This document shows, in pieces, positions 1 to 9,175 of a stretch of DNA of 64,000 nucleotides (position 1 is its first letter; every line of letters begins with the position of its first letter). Made by a program: the position numbers and the translations under genes. Under the pieces are notes generated by a model that was given only the letters and a program-made list of their open reading frames with translations, was not told the origin of the DNA and ran no database searches. This DNA comes from an uncultured Candidatus Rokubacteria bacterium (GTDB lineage Bacteria; Methylomirabilota; Methylomirabilia; Rokubacteriales; DASRDR01). Location of the stretch: assembly GCA_963805625.1 (NCBI GenBank), contig CAWDVE010000017.1, positions 832,001 through 896,000 on the forward strand, given 5' to 3'.

Positions 1-457
1 CCAGGGGGAAGACCTCGAGCCGGCCCTTCAGGTAGTCGTGGGCCCCCCAGTCGAGCACCTCGCTGCAGCCGGGGATGCCGAGGGGAGGGGCGAACGGGAC
101 GTCGAGCACCGTGATGGCCCGGCCCCGCCTCGCCTCCACCCCCCAGAACGGCTCGAAGTGGTCCCACGACGGGCGCGCCAGGTCGAGGGTGTCGGGGCGC
201 CACGCCCACTCGCCGAAGAACCCATGCAGGGCCGGCGGGGTGCCGGTCAGGAACGATGGCCACATTCCCCCGCTATTGACGGGATCCGGGGAGACCACCG
301 GTCCCCAGATCCCCTCCTGGGCGAGACCACGCAGACTCGGCAGGTCGCCGCGATCAAGCAGCCGGCGCACGAGCGTCGGCTCCGCCGCGTCGATGCCGAT
401 GGCGAGGACGGGACCCCGGCCAGAATCGTTTACGGAAGAGTCTCCACCACGGCGAGA
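1..457 (-). CDS. Alkaline phosphatase superfamily / type I phosphodiesterase-nucleotide pyrophosphatase family protein (N-terminal part; runs off the left edge; start codon unclear)
   Basis: Not in the ORF track. Manual translation gives ...GPVLAIGIDAAEPTLVRRLLDRGDLPSLRGLAQEG...SGGMWPSFLTGTPPALHGFF..., the typical VLxIGxD..LP.L..W.S..TG..P..HG N-terminus of this family. The frame is open from 457 but has no ATG/GTG/TTG before the conserved block. Confidence 0.7.
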
Positions 458-491
458 TTACACCTCCGCAGGGGAGTTTCGGGGGTCTGGC

Positions 492-2072
492 TCACACGTG
501 GCCCTGCCGGATGTGCCCGGCCAGGCGCAGCGCCAGCGCCACGATCGTCAGCGTGGGCCCGGCCGTCCCCCCGGTCGGGAAGACCGAGCTTCCCGCGACG
601 AAGAGATTCGCAGCGCCGTGGACCCGGCAGTCGGCGTCCACCACACCCTGCCTCGGATCCTCGTGCATTCGCGTGGTGCCCATGTGGTGCGAGAAGAAGC
701 CCGCCCGGCCTTCGCCGAGCATGGCCTGCATGGTTCCAGCGGCACGCGGGCCGTCGAGCCCGATCGCCCCGGCCGCGACGCTCAGGGCGCGGCCATGCCG
801 TTGTCGATCCTCGTTCGTCAGCCGGAAGACGAGCTCGGCGCGCCGTTGACCGAAGCGATCGCGCTCTGGTGCGAGCCGGACGCGGTTGCCGAGGTCCGGT
901 GTCTGCTCCGTCTGCACTCTCAAGACGTAGCCATCTCCACGCGCCCCGGGCTCAGGTCGACGGCCGATCTTTCGCCACGCCTGCCGGAAGACCTCCCCGG
1001 GACTGCGGAGCACGTTCCGGAGATCCCGCATGGGCGCGACCGGCCGCGCCCGACCGAGCAGCAGATTCTTGAGCCTGGCGGCCGAGACCACGCTCGGCGC
1101 GGCGGACTCCACGGACTGGAACCACAGAGTCTGGCCGGGCACGCGTTCGGCCCGCATGAATTCTTCCGACAGCGACAGCTGCCCCCAGACGATCGCGGTC
1201 CCGACCCGCTGGCGACCTTGGTAGAAGAGCACGTCCCGACCGCGCCCCCAGGCGCCGAGCGGCACGTCCACGTATACGTGCTCCATGAAGCAGCGCCCCA
1301 CCAGATCGTGGCGGTTCCCCACCCCCGCCGGGTGTGGATCGGTGGAGCAGAGCAAGAGTCGCGGGTTCTCGATCCCACCGGCAGCCAGGATGAACGTCCG
1401 GGCGGCCACGCGGAACCGGCGCCCGTTCACGGCGACGACGTGCGCCGCTCGCACCGTGCCCCCGCGTGCGTCCGTTTCGAGGCGGGTCACCCGGGCGTTG
1501 GCGAGAACCTCCACGTTGTCCGCTTCGCGCATGCGCCCGCCATGGAGGTCTCCGAACCTCGGCACGGGGCAGGTGTGCAGGACTCGGTTGACGAGCGGGC
1601 CTGGCTTGACGTCAAACGGCTGATGAACGAGGTGAGGCCGGCACACCTCGACGTCGTAGAAGCGAAGGTCGCCGAGACCGCACAGCGCCTGAGCCCGTTC
1701 ATAGAACGGTAGCAGCTCGTCCCGGCGGATTGGCCAGCCGCTGCCCGGGATCCAGTCGCGACACTCGAAGTCGACCTGGTCGAGCGGGCGGCAGTTCCCG
1801 AGCCAGTGGTTGGTGCCGCCGCCAAAGTACCAGGCGCGGCCGGGATCGAGGACGAGGCGTGGCGGCGTCCCGTCCACGACCTGGTAGATTCCATCATCGC
1901 GCGTCTTGCCGGTCGCGCCCCCTCTCTCCACCAGCAGGACCCGCGTGGGCGAATCGAGAAAGTCGAGCGCCACGGAGATTCCCGCGGCCCCAGCGCCGAC
2001 GACGCAGAGGTCCGCCCTCAAGGTGTCCCGATCCCGGATCGTCCGTGCGTCCGTGAACATGGTCGCCGTCAC
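492..2072 (-). CDS. GMC family FAD-dependent oxidoreductase
   Basis: N-terminal VVGAGAAG Rossmann motif, GGGTNHW, ILAAGGIENPRLLL, C-terminal HHMGTTRM...GVVDADCRVHG..NLFVAGSSVFPT...PTLTIVALALRLA. Confidence 0.92.
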   Translation of the reverse strand: MTATMFTDARTIRDRDTLRADLCVVGAGAAGISVALDFLDSPTRVLLVERGGATGKTRDDGIYQVVDGTPPRLVLDPGRAWYFGGGTNHWLGNCRPLDQVDFECRDWIPGSGWPIRRDELLPFYERAQALCGLGDLRFYDVEVCRPHLVHQPFDVKPGPLVNRVLHTCPVPRFGDLHGGRMREADNVEVLANARVTRLETDARGGTVRAAHVVAVNGRRFRVAARTFILAAGGIENPRLLLCSTDPHPAGVGNRHDLVGRCFMEHVYVDVPLGAWGRGRDVLFYQGRQRVGTAIVWGQLSLSEEFMRAERVPGQTLWFQSVESAAPSVVSAARLKNLLLGRARPVAPMRDLRNVLRSPGEVFRQAWRKIGRRPEPGARGDGYVLRVQTEQTPDLGNRVRLAPERDRFGQRRAELVFRLTNEDRQRHGRALSVAAGAIGLDGPRAAGTMQAMLGEGRAGFFSHHMGTTRMHEDPRQGVVDADCRVHGAANLFVAGSSVFPTGGTAGPTLTIVALALRLAGHIRQGHV

Positions 2073-2212
2073 CGTTCCGAGGGCTCATCCTTTCCGAGCG
2101 GAGGGAACCCGTCAAGGTGCCGAGCCCGCGCACGGCCAGGCGCGGGGTGACGCGCGCGCGACACGGTGCGCGCCGCCCACCATCCGCATCGGGCGCATCG
2201 GGCACGCCGCGC

Positions 2213-2241
2213 TTGACTCGCGCGCCGGCACCTCTTAACGT
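2213..2241 (+). promoter_or_regulatory. Putative sigma-70 promoter for the GT2-NRPS block
   Basis: TTGACT (2213-2218), 17-nt spacer, TAACGT (2236-2241), in the divergent intergenic region. Confidence 0.4.
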
Positions 2242-2312
2242 GTCAGGCTGATCGTGGGCATTGGCCTCAACCGGGGTGGCTCCGCACACGCGCGCGACGC
2301 CGGCATCTCAGC

Positions 2313-3407
2313 GTGCCATTCGCCCAGCCTCTGCGTCGTGGAGCGGGCGCCATGGCCCCGCGGCGCATGACGGTGACGGCGAAGCCCGGCGCGCGCCGGC
2401 CAGCGCGGTTCACGATTGTGCTCCCCGTCCGGAACGGCGGCCGCTACCTGCCGGAGTGCGTGGACAGCATCCTCGGTCAGTCCTGCGGCGATCTCGCGCT
2501 CGAGATCCTCGAGAACGGGAGCACGGACGGAACCGCCGAGTGGCTGGAGACCGTTCAGGACTCGAGGGTGCGGGTGTGGCCCGCCCCGCGCCCGTTGCCG
2601 ATCGAGCAAAACTGGCAGCGCGCGGTGACCCTTCCGAAGGGCGAGTTCCTGCTGTTCGTGGGCCATGACGACCGCCTGGATCCCGGCTATCTCTCGATTG
2701 TCGACGAGCTCATACGGCGGGCACCCGACGCTGCGCTGTTCACGACCCACTTCCGGCTGATCGACGCGCGCGGAGCGGTCCTGCGGTCGTGCCGACCCAT
2801 GCGGGCGCGCGAGACGATGCCGGAGTTTCTGGCGTCGCGGTTGACGTCACGAATCGACATGGCGGGCATGGGTGTCGTGATGCGATCCTCGGCGTACGAT
2901 GCCCTCGGGGGCATTCCCATGTTCGAGGGCCTCGCCTTCGCCGACGATGCCCTGTGGCTCAGTCTGCTGAATGGCTCGTGGAGAGCCACGGCGCCCGACG
3001 AGGCGTACTCGTACCGGCTGCACCTGGCCAGCGCGTTTCACTCCCTCCCGTGGCGCTCGGCGATCGCGGCGACCGAGCAGTATGCCGGCTTCGTCAAGTC
3101 ACTGGGCGTGATGCACGCCGATGTGGCCGAGATCTGGCGGACGCATGCTCCGGCCTTTCTCGAGCGTCGCTATCGCTTCGTCATGCTGTTCGCCATGCTC
3201 ACCGCCGGGAACAGGCCGGGCGGATTCGATTCCCGCGAGCGCGAGGCGGCGCTGGCGTCGCTCGAGCGGCTGAGTCCGCAGGCGGCGTGCCGCCTGCGTC
3301 GACGCTGGTGGTTTCGCGTCGGCCCATGGGCCCAGGGGAGGCTCTTCCGGGCTCCGACGCTGGCGTGCTTGCGGTCGTATTGGTGGTACCGGAGGCGGTG
3401 GCGGTGA
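2313..3407 (+). CDS. Glycosyltransferase family 2 (start may be ATG 2351)
   Basis: FTIVLPVRNG..YL.ECVDSILGQ...ENGSTDGT and a GHDD motif typical of the GT-A fold. Confidence 0.88.
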   Translation: MPFAQPLRRGAGAMAPRRMTVTAKPGARRPARFTIVLPVRNGGRYLPECVDSILGQSCGDLALEILENGSTDGTAEWLETVQDSRVRVWPAPRPLPIEQNWQRAVTLPKGEFLLFVGHDDRLDPGYLSIVDELIRRAPDAALFTTHFRLIDARGAVLRSCRPMRARETMPEFLASRLTSRIDMAGMGVVMRSSAYDALGGIPMFEGLAFADDALWLSLLNGSWRATAPDEAYSYRLHLASAFHSLPWRSAIAATEQYAGFVKSLGVMHADVAEIWRTHAPAFLERRYRFVMLFAMLTAGNRPGGFDSREREAALASLERLSPQAACRLRRRWWFRVGPWAQGRLFRAPTLACLRSYWWYRRRWR

Positions 3408-3492
3408 TCCTCCCTCGGCCCCGTGCGACCCGTCGGGCTCCCGGATCCACGGTCTCACCGGCGCGATCCGAAGCCGGTGATCGGCGAATCGC

Positions 3493-4365
3493 GTGACCGG
3501 CCCGCCGGCCCGCGCGCGACGCCGCGCCCTCATCACCGGTGCCGCCGGCTTCGTGGGGAGCCATCTGGCGGCCAGCCTGGTGGAGGCGGGTGACGCGGTG
3601 CACGGCGTGCTCCGCCCGGGGACCGCCGGCTGCAGCCTGCCGGGTGTCGAGCCCCACTGCGTCGATCTCACCAACGCCGACGCCGTCCAGCGCCTCATTC
3701 ACGACGTCCGACCGCAGTGGGTCTTCCACCTCGCAGGTCGTGTGACGGGAGACAGGCAGCTCGCCGCCGCCGGCTCGCTCGTCCTCGACAACCTGGCGCA
3801 GACCGTCCCCGTCGCCACCGCCCTGGCACGCGAGGGATGCGAGCGGCTCGTGGTCGCGGGCCCATGGAGGAGCCGGGGCGCGGCGAGCCCGCGACCGCCA
3901 CGCCGGGATCGCCGTACGCCGCGGCCAAGTGGGCGGGCAGCGGCGTCGCGCGCCTGTACCACGCGCTCTACGGAGTTCCCGTCGTCATCGCGCGGCTCTC
4001 CATGGTCTATGGCCCCGGCCAGAGGGACACGACGAAGCTGGTCCCGTTCGTGATCACCTCGCTGCTCGGCGGCGAATCCCCGCCGCTGTCCAGTGGCCGC
4101 CGCGCCGGGCGTGGAGGGACAGACGCTCGAGCTGGGCTCGGGACGGCTCGTGACGATCCGGGAGATCGTGGACCGCATCTTCGCCATCATGGGCGCAGCC
4201 GGGCCCCCACGGTGGGGTGCCCTCGCCGACCGGCCCCTCGAGCGACCCGTCGTGGCCGATGTCGAGACGAGCCGGCGCCTCATCGAATGGAGCCCGGGGG
4301 TGGAGCTAGGGCACGGGCTGACCGGAACGGTTGACTGGTACCGGCGGACGTTCGGGGGAGCCTGA
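3493..4365 (+). pseudogene. NAD-dependent epimerase/dehydratase, disrupted by a frameshift and an internal deletion
   Basis: Frame 1 has ITGAAGFVGSHL...HLAG. After about 3862 homology continues in another frame (MEE...SPYAAAK...VYGPGQ...LVP). After about 4096 it continues in a third segment (AAAPGVEGQTLELGSG...GLTGTVDWY). The usual D(F/W)IYVxD segment is absent. Confidence 0.85.
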
Positions 4366-5155
4366 TTCTCGTCTCGCGGGACTTCCCGAGACGCGTCTGG
4401 GGACCGACGTGGAGAACCTGATCAACACGCCCGAGCAGCTGCGACAGCGGATGGCCTGCAACGGGCCGGCGGACGCCGACTTCGACCAGTTCGTCCTGGG
4501 ACTCCTCGCGCCGTCGGGGAGCGACGTGGTCCTGGACATCGGTCCCGGCGTCGGAAAGCAGATGGTGCCGCTCGCCGGAGTGGTCAGGCGCATCGTCGGC
4601 GTCGACTGCTCCCCGGAGATGACCGCGGCGGTTCGCGCCCAGCTGCCCGGCCCGAACATCGAGATGGTCGTCGGCGGCATGGATGACCTCGCGCGCCTCG
4701 ACCTCGCTGGCCCCTTCACGCTGGTCTACGCGGTGTACTCGCTCTACTACTCGTCCGCCCCGGCCCGCGTGGTCGAGGCGGTCAGGCAGCTGCTCGACGG
4801 CCCCCAGGCTCGCTTCGTCGTCGTGGCCCCGGATATCGGGAACAACGCGAACTGGTTCGCCGATCTCGGCCACCTGTACCCGGTGCCAGCCGACGTGCTC
4901 GAGGTCACGCGGATCTGCCGGAGCGTGATCCTTCCGGCGTTCCTCGACGTCTTTCGGAGCGTCGCGTGCTCGCGCTTCTCGAGCACGGTCTCCTTCTCGA
5001 CGGTCGAATCCCTGATGCGCTACTACGATGCCTGCGCGCCCTACTGCCGGCGCGACCGCCGGGCGCAGGCGCTGGCCCACTTCCGGGCGAGGATGGAGCG
5101 CGACGGTGCTTATTCCATCTTCAAGCGGAGCCTCGGCCTGGTGGGGAGACTCTGA
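4331..5155 (+). CDS. Class I SAM-dependent methyltransferase (true start may be downstream, about 4408)
   Basis: VLDIGPGVG motif I and VGVDCSPEM motif; stop overlaps the NRPS ATG (TGATG). Confidence 0.8.
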   Translation: MTGTGGRSGEPDSRLAGLPETRLGTDVENLINTPEQLRQRMACNGPADADFDQFVLGLLAPSGSDVVLDIGPGVGKQMVPLAGVVRRIVGVDCSPEMTAAVRAQLPGPNIEMVVGGMDDLARLDLAGPFTLVYAVYSLYYSSAPARVVEAVRQLLDGPQARFVVVAPDIGNNANWFADLGHLYPVPADVLEVTRICRSVILPAFLDVFRSVACSRFSSTVSFSTVESLMRYYDACAPYCRRDRRAQALAHFRARMERDGAYSIFKRSLGLVGRL

Positions 5156-7851
5156 TGGCGCGCCCGCGCCTGCTGGCGCCCGGCGGCAATCCGGTGGCGC
5201 CCGGCGCGTTCGTCGCCTTCGAGAGGGCGGCCATCGAGCAGTCGATCCCGCAACGATTCGAGGAGCAAGTGCATCGCCACCCGCAGCGCCTCGCGGTCCA
5301 GACGCGTCATCACACCTGGTCCTACGAGGCGCTCAATCGCGCTGCGAATCGCGTGGGCCGAGCCATCCTGGCCGCGCGCGGGCCGGGGCCGGAGCCCGTC
5401 GCCATCCTGGTCGGCCAGGGTGCCCCGCTCGTGGCGGCGATCCTGGGTGTCCTGAAGGCCGGGAAGTTCTATGCGCCGCTCGACCCCGCCGACCCCGGAA
5501 AGCCCCTCGCCGACATGCTGCGGGACACCCGGGCCCCCCTGGTTCTGGCCGAGTCGGGCTCTCACGCCAGGGCCAGCGCCCTGGCATTGCCGGGCATCCG
5601 GGTGCTCGACGTGGACGCGCTGGGACCCGCGGCCGAGGACGATCTCGGGCTCGCCATCACCCCCGACGCCCGGGCCTACATCTACTACACCTCGGGCTCG
5701 ACGGGACGGCCGAAGGGCGTGGTCGACGCGCACCGCAACGTCCTCCACAACGTGATGCGCTACACGAATACGCTCAGGATCGCCTCCGATGATCGCCTGA
5801 CGCTCCTTCAGGGGCCGAGCTTCAGCGGCGCCGTGTCGAGTCTCTTCGGCGCCCTTCTCAACGGCGCCGCCGTGTTCCCGTTCGACGTCGGGCACGAGGG
5901 CGTGAGCGCGATCGCCCCCTGGCTCCGGGAGCGGGCTGTCACCATCTACCACTCGGTGCCCGCGCTGTTTCGTCGAGTTGCCACGAGTCGCGAGGCGCTT
6001 CCGGCCCTGCGGCTGATCCGCCTGGAAGGCGATCGGGCATCCGCACGGGACCTCGAGCTCTACCAGCGACGGTTCGCCTCCCACGCGCGCCTGGTGAACG
6101 GTCTCGGCGCCACCGAGTGCGGTCTGGTCCGTCAGTTCTTCGTCGATGCCGAGACAGTACCCCAGGGCGTGGTACCCGTCGGCCATGCCATCGAGGACAT
6201 GGAGGTGCGGGTGGTCGGCAGCGGCGGGGAGCCGAGCAAGGCGGGTGAGATCGGCGAGATCGTCGTCGGGAGCCGATACCTGGCGCTGGGATACTGGCAT
6301 CAGGACGACGCCACGGCCGCGGCCTTCGCCGTCGATCCACGCGACCCTGGCGCGCGAATCTATCGCACCGGTGACCTTGGCCGCCTGCGGCCCGATGGAT
6401 GCCTCGAGCACCTCGGGCGGATCGACGCCGAGCTGAAGATCCGCGGGCATCGCGTGGTCGTCGCCGACGTCGAGGCCGCGCTGCTCGAGCTCGATGGGGT
6501 GGACGTGGCAGCCGTGACGCGCGTGGACCGAGCGGGCGAGCCAGGGCTCGTCGCCTACGTCGTCCGATCGGGGCGCCCGGCCCCCACCGTCTCCGCCATT
6601 CGCCGCCGGCTCGCCGAGCACTTGCCCGCCTACGCGATCCCCGAGGCCTACGTGCTGCTCGACGCCCTCCCGCTCACCGCGAACGGGAAGTTGGATCGGC
6701 GGGCCCTCCCGGTCCCGAACGGGCGCCGGCCCGACCTCGACGAGCCCGTCGTGGCGCCGCAGTCGTTGCTGGAGGTCCAGCTGGTCGACTTGTGGGAGGA
6801 GATCCTTCGCGTCGGTCCCATCGGCGTGCACGACCCCTTCTTCGATCTCGGAGGGGACTCGCTTCTCGGCGTCGAGATGCTGCACCGCGTCGAGGAACTT
6901 TTCGGCTGGGCCTTCCCCCCGTCGATCGAGCTCGCGAGCATGACGATCCGGCGCCTTGCCGACTGGATGCAATGGGACGCAAGCCCCAGACCGGCGCCCC
7001 TCGTGGCCATCCAGCCGACGGGTCATCGTGAGCCGCTCTTCTTCCTGCACGGGGACTACCTGAGCGGGGGGCTCTACTGCGTCAACCTCGCCCGCTGGCT
7101 CGGTCCGGACCAGCCGTTCGTGGCGCTCACCCCGTGCGGCCTCGATGGCGCGCCCACGCCGCCGTCCTACGAGGCCATGGCCGCGCGGCACCTCGAGGAC
7201 CTTCGGCGCGTCCGCCCTTCCGGGCCATACCGGCTGGCCGGGCTGTGCAACGGCGGATTGGTGGCCCTCGAGATGGCTCGCCTCCTGGTGGCCGAGGGCC
7301 AGGAAGTCGATCACCTGCTGCTTGTGGCCGCGTTCCCCATCGGGGCGGGGTTTTCCTGGCTGCGGCGCGTTCTCCGGGGTGCCGGCGCCCTCGCCGGGGC
7401 CGCGACCGCCCATCAGACCGCGCTGTTCGTGTCCCTGCGCGCCGCCATTCTGCGGCTTCGGACGCCCGCTCCGTCCGGAAGGCTGCGAGCGCTGCTGGAC
7501 GAGACGCGAAGGGTGAGGAACCGCATCGGGGGGATTCGCTGGTGGCCCGGCGCGCCGCGGGCTGCCGCCGTTCCGGCCGAGCACGAGCGGCTCCGCCAGC
7601 GCCTCCGCGCGGAATACCTGCGGATAGACGCCGAGTACGCGCCGCGCCCATACCCGGGACGCATCACGCTCCTGTGGCCCGCTGACGATCTGATCGAGGC
7701 CGAGACTGCCGCTTCGTGGTGGCGGAACGTGGCCGCTCGCGTCGACGTGGAGGTCGTTCCGGGCACGCACGTCACCTGTCTCACGCTCCAGGTGAAGGCG
7801 TCCGCCGAGACGATCACCCGGTGTCTTCGCGGAGCGGATGCCCTGGCGTAG
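5155..7851 (+). CDS. Monomodular NRPS-like protein, A-T(PCP)-TE
   Basis: A-domain motifs YTSGSTGRPKG, YRTGDL, GRID..LKIRG, LPLTANGKLDR; PCP motif FFDLGGDSLL; TE domain PLFFLHG...GPYRLAGLCNGG...VPGTH. ATG 5155 is coupled to the upstream stop. Confidence 0.92.
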   Translation: MARPRLLAPGGNPVAPGAFVAFERAAIEQSIPQRFEEQVHRHPQRLAVQTRHHTWSYEALNRAANRVGRAILAARGPGPEPVAILVGQGAPLVAAILGVLKAGKFYAPLDPADPGKPLADMLRDTRAPLVLAESGSHARASALALPGIRVLDVDALGPAAEDDLGLAITPDARAYIYYTSGSTGRPKGVVDAHRNVLHNVMRYTNTLRIASDDRLTLLQGPSFSGAVSSLFGALLNGAAVFPFDVGHEGVSAIAPWLRERAVTIYHSVPALFRRVATSREALPALRLIRLEGDRASARDLELYQRRFASHARLVNGLGATECGLVRQFFVDAETVPQGVVPVGHAIEDMEVRVVGSGGEPSKAGEIGEIVVGSRYLALGYWHQDDATAAAFAVDPRDPGARIYRTGDLGRLRPDGCLEHLGRIDAELKIRGHRVVVADVEAALLELDGVDVAAVTRVDRAGEPGLVAYVVRSGRPAPTVSAIRRRLAEHLPAYAIPEAYVLLDALPLTANGKLDRRALPVPNGRRPDLDEPVVAPQSLLEVQLVDLWEEILRVGPIGVHDPFFDLGGDSLLGVEMLHRVEELFGWAFPPSIELASMTIRRLADWMQWDASPRPAPLVAIQPTGHREPLFFLHGDYLSGGLYCVNLARWLGPDQPFVALTPCGLDGAPTPPSYEAMAARHLEDLRRVRPSGPYRLAGLCNGGLVALEMARLLVAEGQEVDHLLLVAAFPIGAGFSWLRRVLRGAGALAGAATAHQTALFVSLRAAILRLRTPAPSGRLRALLDETRRVRNRIGGIRWWPGAPRAAAVPAEHERLRQRLRAEYLRIDAEYAPRPYPGRITLLWPADDLIEAETAASWWRNVAARVDVEVVPGTHVTCLTLQVKASAETITRCLRGADALA

Positions 7852-7888
7852 CCTGCGGAACGGGCGAGCCGCGCCGCCCGCCGCCAAC

Positions 7889-9175
7889 TCATCGACCGGA
7901 TTCTGCCTCGCGCAGGAGCTCGCGCTCGGCGAGGGCCTGGGCGCCGCGGCAGACCACGTCGAACGGCAGCCCCGAGCGCTCGGCAATGTCCAGCAGGCTG
8001 TGATGCCCGTCGGACAGGTTGAGCACCCAAAGCAGCGCGAGCTGCTCCGGTGCCTGCGGCCCGCCGCCGACCGGGGGATACAGGCCGCGCCGACCCAGCT
8101 GGGGCTCGCCCTTCGGCTGCTGGTTGACGAACACTCGGTCGCGGTCGATCAGGTCCAGGACGGCGGCGCAGACCTCGAGCGAATCCTCCAGGGCGTCCGG
8201 GCGCACGAAGTCCAGGTCGTCGGCCGAGGTGTGGTACTGGGGAAACTGCCCGTGGGGCGTGCGCATCAGGCAGCCCACGGGCAGGTCGAAGCCGGGGGAG
8301 CAGAACTGCCGCTCGTCGTATCCCCAGGGCGCAAAGTCGAGCAGCCGATGCGCGCCCCGTGTGGCGAGCACGTGGGCGGCGGCCCGGTCGATGGTGGCGT
8401 GCCCGCGGCGACTCCGCTTGTAGGTCGGGGGCCCCGGGTCTCCGAGGCAGGTCAGCACCAGCCCGTGCGCGATCCGGTCCAGGCGGGACTCGTTCAGAGC
8501 GAGCCAGGTGATCGATCCGATGGTCCCGGGGATGAACAGGAGCCGGTAGGTGTGGCGCCGCGGTTTCGCGGCCAGGCGCTGCCCCAGGAACGCGGCGATC
8601 ACCATGCCAGACAGGTTGTCGTTACAGAGGGACGGATGGCAGACGTGCGTCGAGAGCAGGATCTCGTCCTCGATCTCTCCCGGGAGCTCGCACTCCCCGT
8701 AGGTGAGGCTGCCCGAGCCGAGCGTGGCGTCGATGCAGACCTCGTACCGGTCGTCGGGGAGCGCCCGGAGCTGACGGTCGCTCAGACAGAAGCCCCAGCC
8801 GTCCGCATAGTACGAGGTGCGATAGGGGATCCAGTCCGGACGCTCGGGCAGGGAGAACAGATGGGGCCGTAGCTCGGCCAGGCTCAAGCGCGCACGCACC
8901 GGGCGGCTGTAGCCGACGACGTGCAATGTCGAGCGGCGGGCATCGACGATGCGCTCGCCCCGGGAGCTCTCGATCCAGGCGTCGCGCAGGTTCCACTCCG
9001 GGGGCACGGTCCAGTCCAGGACCCGCGTCCCGGAGGGGACCTCCCGCACCGACAGTGGAAGGAGCTCGCCCAGGCGGCGGAGCGTCTCCCGGACGCCGTC
9101 GCCGGTGATGCTCCGGCCGATGGGGTAGAGGTCAGCGATCCACCGGTGAAGCTCGGCGCCGAGCCCGGTCGTCAT
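7889..9175 (-). CDS. DUF4910 domain protein (aminopeptidase-like protein of polysaccharide loci, C-terminal wHTH)
   Basis: RSITGDGVRETL, DWTVPPEWN, PDWIPYRTSYY, HVCHPSLCNDNLSG, GYDERQFCSPGFDLPVG, YHTSADDL, PKGEPQLGRRGLY. Start ATG 9175 overlaps the upstream stop. Confidence 0.9.
   Translation of the reverse strand: MTTGLGAELHRWIADLYPIGRSITGDGVRETLRRLGELLPLSVREVPSGTRVLDWTVPPEWNLRDAWIESSRGERIVDARRSTLHVVGYSRPVRARLSLAELRPHLFSLPERPDWIPYRTSYYADGWGFCLSDRQLRALPDDRYEVCIDATLGSGSLTYGECELPGEIEDEILLSTHVCHPSLCNDNLSGMVIAAFLGQRLAAKPRRHTYRLLFIPGTIGSITWLALNESRLDRIAHGLVLTCLGDPGPPTYKRSRRGHATIDRAAAHVLATRGAHRLLDFAPWGYDERQFCSPGFDLPVGCLMRTPHGQFPQYHTSADDLDFVRPDALEDSLEVCAAVLDLIDRDRVFVNQQPKGEPQLGRRGLYPPVGGGPQAPEQLALLWVLNLSDGHHSLLDIAERSGLPFDVVCRGAQALAERELLREAESGR

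Noticed and set aside
5110-7986. 958-aa antisense ORF opposite the NRPS, and similar long shadow ORFs (17182-19623, 22394-24214, 24084-25850, 31499-33391, 55891-57645)
   Set aside because: They are Arg/Pro/Gly-rich with no motifs. Such ORFs are expected from high GC3 codon bias opposite or out of frame with real genes.
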